Shown: positions 34,773 through 46,281, counted from the stretch's first letter. The stretch: DNA of 64,000 nucleotides from Macrostomum lignano (GCA_002269645.1 NIVC01001115.1:311403-375402), one strand, 5' to 3'. The notes: a model not told the origin generated them from the letters alone. A program made the numbers and translations.

Positions 34773-36122
34773 TTACTCGAAATGGGCCTCTTGATTTAGC
34801 TGGTACGGGCCATATGCCGCCACCTGAGCCATGGCACTTGCCCATGCTTCCACATAACGTTGGGCTGCCGCGGCCGTGAGCACCACTCGGTGCCATCGGC
34901 TAGGCAAGATGTCGTTGCGCAGCACGCCCCTCAACTGCGGCAGAGTCGGGATGCCCAGGGCTTGGCATTGGACGACGAAGGCCGCATTCCGTACTTGTTG
35001 CAGCCGTGTCAGAGTTGGTGCAGACAGGGGCGGCTGCGCGATTGCAAAATGCTGCAAAGTGCCACGGGGCACCTCGGCCAGGCCCGCGTAGCCGGGCTCA
35101 ACGTCGCCCAGGGCCGCCAACACCCACCCACAGCGGCGATTGAACCGTTGCGAGAGAGTGGCGGCCCAGGCCACTGTGGCAAACGGCGCATAGAGGAGGG
35201 GCGCAGAGGCCGGCGCGGAGGCCGCAAGAATGCCGTCGTGGATGACGAGAGCCTCTTCCCATTCGGCGCCCTCGCTCAGGAAGCCCCAGAGCAGCCCTGG
35301 CAGGTCCGCAGGAAGCATGCCCCAGCGGCTGGCCAAGCTGGCCAGGCCAATCAATAGCCGGGCTCTCTGGGTTGGTGTCAGTTGTCTAGTCATCTGAGAG
35401 GAGGCTGCGCAGCTGATGATCACCTTCTTGTAGACCGGCCGATCGCAGGTGCTGAAGATTGCTGTGATGGGGGCACAGGACGGCGGCCGGGCTGTCAGGT
35501 GTGATGGTTCCTCATCCACAACCTTGCGGAGGAACTTGGCGGCCTGCCGGACTAGGTCGCCGAGGGCGTATTTGTAGGCGCTCTGGGCCGCTGCCTCGAT
35601 GTACATTAACAGCGTATTGTCAACCAATCCCAGCAGGGCCGCTTTTGACAGGATGAGCAGACAGGGCCGGTCCAGGTTGTCGCGAAGTTGGCGCTCTAGA
35701 GTCGCATGCCTGTCCTCGGCCTGGAGTGGGCCATGATAGGACTCAGGCCCGACCCAGTGCACCAGATCCATAGCTGTCGCCGAAGGTTCGCCAGCCACCT
35801 GACCCCAATCGACTTCTTCTCTTTGCAGGGCGATGTCCACACTTCGGCGGCTGTTGGGCAGAACATCACGCAGGCGGCGGGCCGCCTCGCCGAATTCGGC
35901 CGCCAGGTCCGAAATGTCCGCGGTGTCGCCCCCAGCATTGGCCGGGTCGATTGTCTCGTCACCTTCTTCGACCCTGGCGGAGGCCGCCGCTGGCGGCTCG
36001 GGGCCGTCCTCCGCCTCTTGGATGGCGTCACGGGGCCGCTTTCGGCTAACTGGGCTGGCAGGACGCTCAGACGGTAAGCTGGAGCATAGCTGAATTCGAT
36101 TGATGGTAGGCTTCGTGTCCAT
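34773..36122 (-). CDS. Orphan 449-aa protein in the env position of the LTR element
   Basis: An intact 1350-nt ORF with GC3-rich codons and an ATG downstream of its own CCAAT/TATA set. It has an acidic disordered N-terminus with RKRPR, and no signal peptide or obvious TM. Confidence 0.75.
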   Translation of the reverse strand: MDTKPTINRIQLCSSLPSERPASPVSRKRPRDAIQEAEDGPEPPAAASARVEEGDETIDPANAGGDTADISDLAAEFGEAARRLRDVLPNSRRSVDIALQREEVDWGQVAGEPSATAMDLVHWVGPESYHGPLQAEDRHATLERQLRDNLDRPCLLILSKAALLGLVDNTLLMYIEAAAQSAYKYALGDLVRQAAKFLRKVVDEEPSHLTARPPSCAPITAIFSTCDRPVYKKVIISCAASSQMTRQLTPTQRARLLIGLASLASRWGMLPADLPGLLWGFLSEGAEWEEALVIHDGILAASAPASAPLLYAPFATVAWAATLSQRFNRRCGWVLAALGDVEPGYAGLAEVPRGTLQHFAIAQPPLSAPTLTRLQQVRNAAFVVQCQALGIPTLPQLRGVLRNDILPSRWHRVVLTAAAAQRYVEAWASAMAQVAAYGPYQLNQEAHFE

Positions 36123-36189
36123 GTCAAGCTGGATAGTTCATAGAATGCTTCAGCGATTGAAGGACAGAATGATTTCTCTGATTGATGAT

Positions 36190-36360
36190 TTCCAGCTCTG
36201 GCAGGCGTGGGTCTTCTTATAGTGCCGGGGCTGGCTTCCCATTGGTTGAGCACATTGGGAGGCACACCTGCTGCGGCCGGGGTCGCCGTTGGCTTGGGAC
36301 CGCTCGCTCTAGTCTCCGTGCGCTCTGATTGGCTGGTTCCGCCGCTTCCTGTTTCCTCAC
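36190..36360 (-). promoter_or_regulatory. Internal promoter of the 449-aa ORF
   Basis: On the minus strand: GGAAACAGGAAG (36356-36345), CCAAT (36332-36328 and 36245-36241) and TATAAG (36221-36216), about 95 nt before the ATG. Confidence 0.6.
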
Positions 36361-38122
36361 CTGTGAGCAGGGGGCAGACCCGAGACCACCTCCGGTCGCG
36401 CCCGCGGCAGATCCGTACTCCAGCCGACAGAGATCGCACTCCCACCTCACATGCACACATTCAGATCAGGCACACAAATTAATTTGGTTAATATGAATAG
36501 AAGAGGGATTTGGGAGATTAGACTCCGGAGGATAAATGATGATGCGGCCCAACTCCCTTCGATTTCTTCCTTCAACGCCACGCGCACGCAGTTCTCATCC
36601 ATGCCTCCGAGACCCTCATAAACTTAACAGCCGAAAGAATTCGAAAGAGGAATTAATCATTAATTTGACTGCCACCAGTTTGATGTACTATTATAAAAGA
36701 GAAAGGGGAACCTACCACCATCTTGGCGCATTACCAAAGAAAAGAAAAGGAGGATCAGCCACCATTTTGAGAGAGGTTGCTAGGGAAAACTGCCACCAAT
36801 TGTACATTAACAGGGAAGAGAAAGAGGGAACCCGTCACCAATTAGAGTGGATTGCCCGGGGAAACTGCCACTATTTGCCCTTCTACCAGAGGAGAGGAAG
36901 ACGAAAAACTGCCATCCCTTAGAGGTGTATCATTAAAAGAAGGCGGGGAAGAAGGCTACCACTACTTGATCACCTAGAGCTCAAGGGAAGGAGAGGGAAT
37001 GAAGAAAGGAAGAAACCCCCAGGAAGGCCACTACCACACGCCATAAAGTTAAAATCCCCATCTATCTACATCCTAATACCCGGCTAGTTCCCTACTTCTA
37101 TTTCATCCCTTAAATCCTCATTTTCAGGATTCCGGCCGCTAGTAGCCGAGCCCATCCTTGAAGAGGAGTCCGACTACGAAGCGCCCGAAGACAGCCATTC
37201 AGAGCCGGACGCCCCCTCTGATTCTGGGCCGGCTGCGCCATCTGGTGACATAGGCGCCGCGGCTCCCGGGCCATGCGACCGCCGGGCCGCCAGCGAACCA
37301 GCGTCCGGGGCCGGTTGGCATCCGGTACCACCGCCGTTGTCAGCCCGAGCGCACGCTCCGCCGCCGGTCGCCGCGGTGACGCCCGTGGCTGCCGCTCCAC
37401 AGCCCTTGCCAACCCCTGTGGTGGAGACCGACGGCTCCTGGCATTTGGTCGTGCTGTCGACGGCCCTAATAGCCGGTCTCACAATGCACTGGCTACTGCT
37501 CTTGGAGCTATTTCTGCGGCTTCCCAACTGCTGATGCTGGTGGTTCTTAATGCTTACTTACTAATTCTGAACTATCTGTCCCCATAACTTGACTTTAATT
37601 ACTTACCTGACTTTACATTGACTAAACCACTGGCCTACTCTAAACTAATTGCTGCCCCATTTGCCTGATAAACTTAATTACATTGAATGCCCCCCCCCTA
37701 TTGCCTCATCGAAACCAATTAAAAGTTTCCCAAAATCGGACTTTCACAAAGTGTGAACAAACACACGAAATCAGACCTAAAGGTGCTAATTTCCTACGGT
37801 CCCAGACTTCCATTGTTCCCAGAAAATCTTGAACAGCGGGGCAGGACCTCCTGTGGAGCAGACCCATAGAAATTTTACTAGTTTCCAAGTTAATATTTAC
37901 TGATAGGGAATTAACGCATACTGTACGGGCCTAATTTTCGAGCTAAAATCTTAGATATTTAAACAACACCAACGAGCACGAGGTCACAACATAAATTCGA
38001 GTAATAGAGGGCATACGTAAATACGCGAAAAGCGGTCTCCAACGGGGCAACACGAGCAAAATTTCGACACGCGAATCGGGGGGGGGAATTAAGCAATCAC
38101 TGGCTAGCTACCGATCTGTTAC

Positions 38123-38647
38123 TCAGCGGGGGTCGAATGGGAGACTCACACCTAGCAAGTAAACCTTTTCTGTTCGATAGTCTATGATAGCATGCGTACT
38201 GGCTAGAAAAGCACTACCCAGGAGGGAAACTGCTGCTGAATTGCCAACGACCAGAAAGAGGATTCTCACCTCTTCTAGCCCAATAACTGCTGTGAGGGTG
38301 GCCTGGCCTAGCATCTCTAATTCATTGCCCGTGTAGGACACGGCCTTCACACATGGGGGCTCCAGGGCCTCCACACTCTGTCCGGTAATTTTAGTAAAGT
38401 CTTTGACTGTTAGCAAAGACAGCGCACTGCCCCCATCTACCAGGAGGCGGGTGGGAACATTCTCAATTGGCAACTCTACAACAATATCTCTCCCGCGTTG
38501 TCCTCTAGCTGGTCTTGGCTGATAGAAATCGGGTACCTTCTCAAATCTAAACTTCTTGCTGGGCGGACGTGGCAGGTTAAGCTGGGCCCTAGAGAGGGAA
38601 CGGGGCTGAGTTCGGGCCGGGCCATTCAGCCCTCCCACGGGTTTCCC
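38123..38647 (-). CDS. Retroviral-type aspartic protease in the -1 frame of gag, ending in a stop
   Basis: The motifs LLVDGGSALSLL, SYTGNELEMLG and LLGSAFL..HAIIDY are present. Slippery heptamer G GGA AAC at 38647-38641 lies just before the gag stop. Confidence 0.85.
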   Translation of the reverse strand, partial: GKPVGGLNGPARTQPRSLSRAQLNLPRPPSKKFRFEKVPDFYQPRPARGQRGRDIVVELPIENVPTRLLVDGGSALSLLTVKDFTKITGQSVEALEPPCVKAVSYTGNELEMLGQATLTAVIGLEEVRILFLVVGNSAAVSLLGSAFLASTHAIIDYRTEKVYLLGVSLPFDPR

Positions 38648-39961
38648 GAACCCGGGGGCTCTTCAGGCGTGGAAGGAGGAGGCATCAGAGCTTGCGCGCG
38701 CAGCTGGGCGAGCCTCTCCTGCCTCTCCCTGGTAGCCTCGTCTAACATATCTCTGCCCCACTCCTCTAAATCTTGCCTATGGCGATCAGGTGGCGCACGA
38801 AGCTGCAATTGCTGCTGCTGCACACCCGGCGCCGGCGGCGTGGGCGCCTCCTGAATTGCAAGCGGCGGGGGCTGGGGTTGGCGCCAGTTCCTACTGCTAT
38901 TAGAGCCGCCCTGCCCCTGCCTCCAGTTCCTGTTGGGAGTGGCGGGGCGAGGGGGCCTCATCTGCTGGGGCAGCTGGGCAACAGACTCTGCTGTCGCCTT
39001 CATAGTTTCATTGAGCTGCACCAGCTGGTTGCGCAGATCCTTTTGCGTTTGCTCTAGCGCGCCCAACCTCTCTTGCATCTCTGATAGGCCGTCACCGTCC
39101 TCCTCCGTCTCGTCAGCTTCCTGGTTCACCATCCTGACCCACTTGCGAGGGGGCCTGGGTGGCTGCTGAGGTTGCAGACGGACTTCGGTGCGGGACTCAG
39201 ACCTGGGCGGGCCACTACTGTCCCATTTCCCGGCTAAGTCTGCGGCTTCTAACAGGGCTTGCTGCTGTTCTAACACCTGCTCAATTGTCTGCCAGCGACG
39301 GCTCAACAGATCTTGTCTGACCTGGCGGGGGAGCTTAGCGTGTTCCAAGTAGGTGTACACGATTTCTTGTTCTCTCTGCTCACCCTGAATCTGAGGAAAC
39401 ATGGCCGTTATCTGAGATCTTATCATAGCAGCAAAAGCACTATGTGATTGGCCGGGTTTCTGGCTCAGATTCTTCAGCTTATTTCTCTTAGCCAGATCAG
39501 TGTTGGCCTCGCCCAACTGCTCTCCTAATCTAGATACGAACTGCTCAAAGGGCAATTGCCCGTCCAATCCTAAGGCTAAGTTCTGAAATTCACCTGGGAG
39601 GTGCGAGATGAGCACCTGCTTCCTAGCCTGATCTCCTACAGTTCTCTCCGCGTCCAGCTTGTAGATCATTCTCTCTACCCATTGCACAAAACAGTGTTCG
39701 CCGGGAGAGAACTTCTCTACGTAGATTTTCGGCCTCTGGGTCTTGGCCCATGTTTAGCTGGTTAAACGCATTGGCTATAGCGGCAACTAAGTCTCCTAGC
39801 TGCGGGACTGCCTGAGGAGGATTCTGGGCTGCGTCCGGGGGAGCAGCGGCGGCTGCTGCGCCACCCTGATTGGGAGCGGGAGCTGCTACTCCTTCATCTG
39901 GTTCCTCAACTACTACTGCTTCTGGAGGCTGAGGGACCTGGTTACCAGCGGCTGCGGCCAT
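38626..39961 (-). CDS. Gag of the large LTR element, with one frameshift near 39740 (possibly a sequencing indel)
   Basis: The ATG is at 39961. After the shift the frame reads RPKIYVEKFSPGEHCFVQWVERM, includes the MHR-like LSQKPGQSHSAF, has a coiled-coil, Pro/Gln-rich C-terminus and no CCHC knuckle. Confidence 0.8.
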
Positions 39962-42413
39962 TGCGGCTGGGGGCGGCAACTGCTGGGGTGTCAGCGGCCG
40001 AGGGTGGTTGACCAGGGGCGTCTGCGCACACAGCTTCTACGACCCTATCTCCACGCGCCCGTGACATGTGAATGCCGGATAGCTGGGGGAGTACCACCGG
40101 GAAGGAAAAGAAAAGAAAACCGGGGCAACTACAGGTAAAGACCGAAAAGTTGATCCGAAACACACAAACACACTCACACACACACAAACACAGACAAAAC
40201 TCACACACTTGCGGCGTCGAAGAAAACAAATTGAAAAACGGGTGGCTCCACATAATTCCATTTAGGCAGTCCTAACGGCTTCACTCGGCAAAGCACACTG
40301 ACTCAAACTGCGGCTACCACTACCAGTTGTCTATGGCACATCCTGACAGGGAAAAATTGGCTATTCAGAGAGACTTGACCTTCATTTTGCGGCCATGCTA
40401 GGGAACCCAAATGCCGACCGTAAACGGACTTACGGCACCTGTACAAATTCTCCCCTAGGGTTGCGCGCCGGGCCCCATTTCCTTAAGAAAGCTACTACGA
40501 AGAAGCGTTGGCGCCTGGACCCAAAAACCCAAGTGGCGGGAGCAATCCCCATGGAGGTCCTCCCACTTTACTGCCCTTGCACAGCCGGAAAACCGTCGGA
40601 GTCCAGTGGGGCTTCCACCTCAGGACTACCAATCTTGTACACGCAGCTTCACAAAAGGCGGGAATCCAGCTCCCCTACGTCTAGCAGAATCCACAAAAAC
40701 CAAGACCTCCCCTTCTGTTCAGAGCGAAGGCGCGCAGCGGGAGTCCAGACTAAACTGTCCCGAAGTTTTCAGGTTAGGCGGATTACAAGCCTGAAACTCT
40801 CGCCCGCTTTCCTAGGATAAACAGACCTAAGTGAGTATCTTCCTGAAATGCTTGCCCCTCCGATACTCCACCTTTGCTGCAGCTCGAAATAGCATACTTG
40901 GGACCTTTATCTGATGGCGGAGAAAGTCCTACAGTTGTCAGCCTCTCCACTTTACTGTACTTGAACGCCCGGTTCTACCAGGAGACAGCGGTACCTCCAT
41001 CTAGGTTATTCCAAGTTGCCAGAGACGTCAACCCGTCTTATTGACCTTGCGGGGCACTGGGGTGGCACTCTATGTACCGGGGCTTTACATTAGGGGACTG
41101 CATGCAACCCTGCGTCTAAGCGCTTAGTGGGCTGCAGTGGCCAGAGGGGAAAAGAGTTGCGCAATAGCGCCTTCCTGGGCCAGGCTGACAAGTCGGGCAG
41201 GAGCGCCGTTCTACCGGGTCGGGCTGATTGGCACACCCACCTCCCCTATCAGACTGACAGCAGGGGGGAGGAATTACTAAAGGAGGAGAATGCAGCAGGA
41301 AACATTACGAGATCACTGGGGGCCACCAGACTTCCAGTACACCATTCCAATACTCACTGAACTCCACTATCAATAGGATACTATGGGATCTACTATTTCC
41401 AGCCACTGCACCAGCCCAAATGCAACCAAAGCAGTTACTACCGGGTCTGCAATACAGTGGGGAGAGTCAGCAGACACGTTGGGATCGAATCCCAGCCATG
41501 AAGGCACCAGGGGTTACCGCAGAATTCAGGTCCGGGCTGATCGCAGGTATTCCATAGGAGGTGACACTTTTTTTAGCCCGAGATTTTTGAGTCACACTGA
41601 TACCCTACAGAGATACAATCACACCGCTATTCCCATTCCTGCGAGACTTTGGTATCCCCCAATGTTTCCAAGGCCATGACTACTGCTTCCCTTACTATGC
41701 ATATATAGCGAGTTCCCCATAGCCCTTGATAGCTGTTCATTCTAATGGACAAACAAAACACGCTCCGGTCTCTACGCATTTCTAGGATTAACTGAGCGAT
41801 CAGGGAGAGCGACTGTTACACTCCCCCGAGTAAAAGAAAGAGGTAGGACAAAGGAAAGAAATGCTTCGCTTCCAGCTTCCCTGTGCTTGCGTGATGAGGC
41901 TTCCGTACCTGGCTGGCTGTCCACCTCAACACTCACACAGTTCTGCTGTAGGCTAGGCGAGAGAAAGAAAGGGAGGGGAAATAAAGCATATTACCATGAA
42001 ATAGAAAGTGAGTCCGGAAAATTCACTTTCGCAGTTCTTCACACACTCCGTTACCAGGTAGCTATTCTGATTGTAATCAAATCCGCTCGTCTACCACTTC
42101 ACACTTTCTAGCGCTGAAACTGATCGGCTAAATTAATTTTAAATTGAATCAGGGGCTTTTGGCGAATGAATGAATTTGGAAATTTCGAATGAATTGAACG
42201 AATTCGCAGCCCGAAAAATTTGAAAAGTTACATTAATATTTTTGGATTTTGTTGCCTCACGCCATGGGAGAAGAGAATGACGATTGGCGATTTTTACGAT
42301 TGGTAGATTTAGACATGGCACTCTTTGCGCTTCGGCCACCATTCTGAGGGATGCCACAGGTGCGCTTGTCACATCTAAACCACCAGTCCGAAACTCAGCG
42401 CTGTTTGCACCAG

Positions 42414-42431
42414 ATCCCACCGCTGCCACCA
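42414..42431 (-). promoter_or_regulatory. Primer-binding site complementary to the tRNA-Leu 3' end
   Basis: The minus strand reads TGGTGGCAGCGGTGGGAT, 3 nt inside the LTR. This is the 18-nt complement of the tRNA-Leu(AAG/TAG) end ATCCCACCGCTGCCA-CCA. Confidence 0.9.
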
Positions 42432-42434
42432 TTT

Positions 42435-44646
42435 TGATGTAACCGCCCTTGTCGCCTGTCCGCTCCGTAGAGAGACGAACGCATGACTAGAGGGGGCAAT
42501 GACCGTAGGCTGCCTATGACCGGGCAATGACCTGACGGACCTCCAGCACCAGACTGTCCCGCCCACATGATTAGTAGCTTTGGTAGCGCTTCGTGACCAG
42601 AGGGCCAAGGACCCACATGGACCCCACCTGTAGCCAAGGTGCAATAGTTGGTCACTCGGTCATAGTATGACCGAGTGGCTGCCACCACTCTATGTGACCT
42701 GGCGCACCTGGATCTTTCTACCAGACCTCTCGAGGCTAGAGCCCCGCCTGGATTGGTTACCAGGGGATTTAGGCTAACAGGGGAGACGCATGCAGCCGAG
42801 TACAGGGACTCTGCTTGGGGCATGATCGGGAACTCTGGGCTCAATCCTGGAGGATTTCTCAGCAGGGGATCCTTTGTGGCTGTGAGCGAGGCTGACTTGC
42901 GACTTTGATTACTAAGAGTAGTATGAGGCGAACATGTACTGTCTACAGTTTAGATTGCTCAGGGCGAAGGGACGCGTTAGCATGGGGTTGCAACCTTCCT
43001 ACTGCCATTCTGTGCCAAGACTCGCTAATCCCTCTACTGCACGCACACGCGGCCCCGCAGCACGCACTCACAGGCGGGCTTTGCACGGGGAGAGGCCATT
43101 AGCTTACCCAAACTTCCTTATGCTTTGCCACCCGGGAGAAAGGCTTAGCAAGCCATGAGTGAAATGATGGTGAAAGATTGAATAATGATGAAGTTAGTTA
43201 ATAGTTAATAATTAGGCCCTTAGGCAAATAAGCAGGCAATTAGGCGGCTTCACTATTGAGTAAAATACAGCAAAAGATACGGTATCACAATTGGCTCAGC
43301 TCTCTAATCAGACAATGGAAAATAGGCAAACCCCGGATAAGCAAAGGCAATTAGAGCACAAATTAGTAGCAGGAACTTACCGGCAGCTGCACAGAGAGAG
43401 AGAGAGGCGGAGTGACCGAGGGCGGCTGTAGGCTGCAGTCAGGCAGACGGTGAAGCGGCGATGCGCTGGAGCGACGAGGCGCTGATGTAGATCAGGCGAT
43501 GCTGATGATGCTGGGCGGTATCAGACCGCTGGCCGATAGGCGAGCTCACTTGGGGAGCTAAGGATAACTTGGCGGTAACAGACGCGGCCGGCAGGGATTC
43601 GTCTTATAGACGAATGGGTCAGAACTCAATCTGACAGCAAGTCCAAAGAAGGACGAGGAGAGGAACAGAGATAAACTCAGTTGAGTATTCTCATGCCGAA
43701 ATCGCTTCCTTTTATAGACCTCACAGCGCCTCCTCAAGGTCGTTACCATGGCTCCCTCTCTCTGATTGGCTGCCGGCAGAATGACGTCAGAATGAGTCAT
43801 GATGAGAAGCATGAGACCGGCATAGCAACATGAGAAATCGGGAAATTGCGCAATCCGGAGGTGGGTGGGGGATAATTGGCGCAGCGGGTGGTCGCGAAAG
43901 TGTTGCGCAAGCAAACATTGAGAACAATAGGGCTGGGGTCGAGAACAAAGGAATTGGAAATCGGGGATAATTGGGGAAAACTGAGAACAATGGAAAAGTA
44001 AACATTGGAGAAAAGGTGATAATTAGGTGCGAAAACGAGAACAAAAGAAAGAGAAAATCGGAGAAAATGTGATAATTGGTGGGGGTCGAGAGAACAAAAG
44101 AAGCAAAAACGAGAACAATAGAAGCGGAGGTGGGGTGGGTGTCACATGAGAAATTTGGGAAGGAGAACAATAGCGTGAGAAAAGGTTGCGCAAGAGAGGG
44201 GGATGAGTCATCGATGAGTCACGAGGGGGAGAAGGGGTCACACGACTTGCGTCACCGTTTGGGAGTTTGAGAGGGGATGGGGAGACGGTGAGCACACAAA
44301 GTACTGTAAGTAGACACAGGGAAAGAGGGGACAGCGCAGGAAAAGAGTGCAGAGGGAGACAAAAAAAAGGGAGGAGGTAGAGAAAGTACAGGAAGAATAG
44401 GGCGGGAACAGAAGAGATAGGGTAGAGGGGGAGGTACAGAAAGGGGTAGGGGCTCCGGAAAGGCAGGTGTGGCGGCAGGAGAGACGGGACCAAGGCAGCA
44501 GGAGGGGTGCAGCAGAGCGGGAGTCTCCAGGCCCGGTCGGAGACCTGGCCGAGTCTCGACAGCTCTGTGCAGAGGGTGCACGGGATAGGAGGCACTTTCG
44601 AAAAAGTTCCCATGCCCTATCCCGCGACCAGAGCGTGGTTACATCA
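42435..44646 (-). repeat. 5' LTR (2212 bp)
   Basis: Direct repeat of 31489-33708 with only a handful of substitutions and small indels seen by eye. Confidence 0.96.
43710..43799 (-). promoter_or_regulatory. LTR U3 promoter: AP-1, CRE, CCAAT and TATA
   Basis: TGAGTCA 43793-43799, TGACGTCA 43782-43789, CCAAT near 43765 and TATAAAA 43716-43710. The same set is in the other LTR at 32766-32856. Confidence 0.7.
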
Positions 44647-45517
44647 TGTATCTCAATATTTGTGCCCCTTTCCTTCCTCAGACGCTTGACAGATTTTGAC
44701 AAGCTATTGGTTTTGTCGTAGAAACTGAAAGTACAGTAAAATACATTATCATTGGTGGGTTACATTTAGCTTTAATAGAAATCCGATTCTGAAAGAGCTG
44801 GTTTGGTAAGCTATACAGTTTGCACCGATTCCCCGTATGTACTGCAGCAATCCGACGTAGGCGATGTTGCATCAATATGTACTTTTACATTGGGTGGGAA
44901 GGTTCTTGTACATTCACCGACATTCAGTGCGATACAGTGCAATTCTTTCCAGTTTTTCGAGTGGACTGGCATTGAGTTCCTGTCATAATCTAGCTAATAT
45001 CTAGCATAATCTAGCATAGGTACGAGTACACAGTAGTGAAATTGACAGGGAAGATTTTCGATGCTTCTAGCTTTTTGATACAACTGAAATACAATTAATC
45101 ATAATTTGAAAGATAATGGAATTAAGGGGTTGGTAGGTTACTTTATTGCAGCTACTTTAAATCGATATCAAGATTAAAAGATTTTTTAAAATTGTCATAA
45201 ACTTTTCTTAACTTAAGTGTACTCAAGTATTTGGACATCCCTTTTTGGGGTATCAATGAATGAAATTTGATCTCGAATTTTCGTAGTCTATGGTAAAACA
45301 AGTTCCAACCAAGTATGCTTTTACAAGGTATCACCCCCATGGACTGATTTTTCTGGCCCACGTACAAGACTCAGGACTGCGTTGATTTGTCTGTGGGCCA
45401 GATTGATTTAGTTTTCTTTTACGCTTTCGTACTTTTATAATTTCGTAACAGTAACGCAACAATATTCGACTTGTTAGTTTAGTTCATTCAATCAGACGAC
45501 GTTTTACTTTTTCCAAG

Positions 45518-45874
45518 CTACTGCTTACCAACTCCAGTTAGATTAAACGCGCAATTCTGGAAGGTCCCGTTGAAGTTCACGACGATTGCAGCCGGCTCTG
45601 ATTGCCGTTCTCCATACTTGGTTTCAATAGCCCTTGTCTCACTGATCGCCACTTCACCATCCTGACCAACACGACGGATAGAGACCTGGGAGGCGCTTGT
45701 CTCGACGCTCAGCGCTGATGACATCGCACGGAAGTCGGCATCGCGCCTCACTCGCGTATAGCGCTCTACGCTCGTTGAATTCTTGTGGCCGGTGTTAACC
45801 GCGATGGCAGCGTTTGAGAAGCCGCTCTCCTTCAGTACTGTCACGTGTGTCAATTTGGTCGGGCAGATTCGCAT
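45518..45874 (-). mobile_element. Crypton-type tyrosine recombinase C-terminal remnant
   Basis: T.VTVL..SG....I...TGHK...SVERY carries the YR catalytic H and Y, and the ORF ends in the FQNCAFNL tail typical of Crypton-derived proteins. The N-terminal catalytic part is missing. Confidence 0.7.
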
Positions 45875-46281
45875 AGTTCAACATTCTTAGTCAGTAGTTG
45901 ATTAGACAGACAGAACTTTCTAGAATCGTTGCTTCAAAACGCGGCTCCATAGCCCGTCCTCTCGATTACTTCGAGTGTTTAGTCTATGGCACAAAGATTT
46001 GCCCATCCACCGAAAAAAATAGCCTTCGACCATAGACTTTCTCAACTTTCTGCCCATCGCTAACATAATGCCCGCAAATTTCCACATTGTTACCCGCAAA
46101 TTTATTGCATTGATTAAGTTAATGACAATCTTATTGACATATAATTTTGCTAGTTGTCAATGCGGAATTTTTCGGGCGCTTGCTTGCTTGCGCGCCCTCA
46201 AAATTCCACATTGACAACTGCAAAATTATATGTTAATGTTATATTGATTTTATTTTACAAAAATTGCAGCAGTTTGAGTAG

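Larger units (their letters stand above)
31489..44646 (-). mobile_element. 13.2-kb Gypsy-type LTR retroelement, non-autonomous (Gag+protease only) with extra ORF(s)
   Basis: Two near-identical LTRs have TGATGTAACC..GGTTACATCA termini. The 4-bp TSD TGTA is at 31485-31488 and 44647-44650. A PBS, PPT, gag and protease are present. No RT, RNase H or integrase motif is seen in any internal ORF. Confidence 0.95.

Noticed and set aside
35696-36460. 254-aa ORF overlapping the 449-aa ORF, possibly a frameshifted N-terminal extension
   Set aside because: Its 5' half coincides with CCAAT/TATA promoter motifs and its 3' half is an alternative frame of the real ORF.
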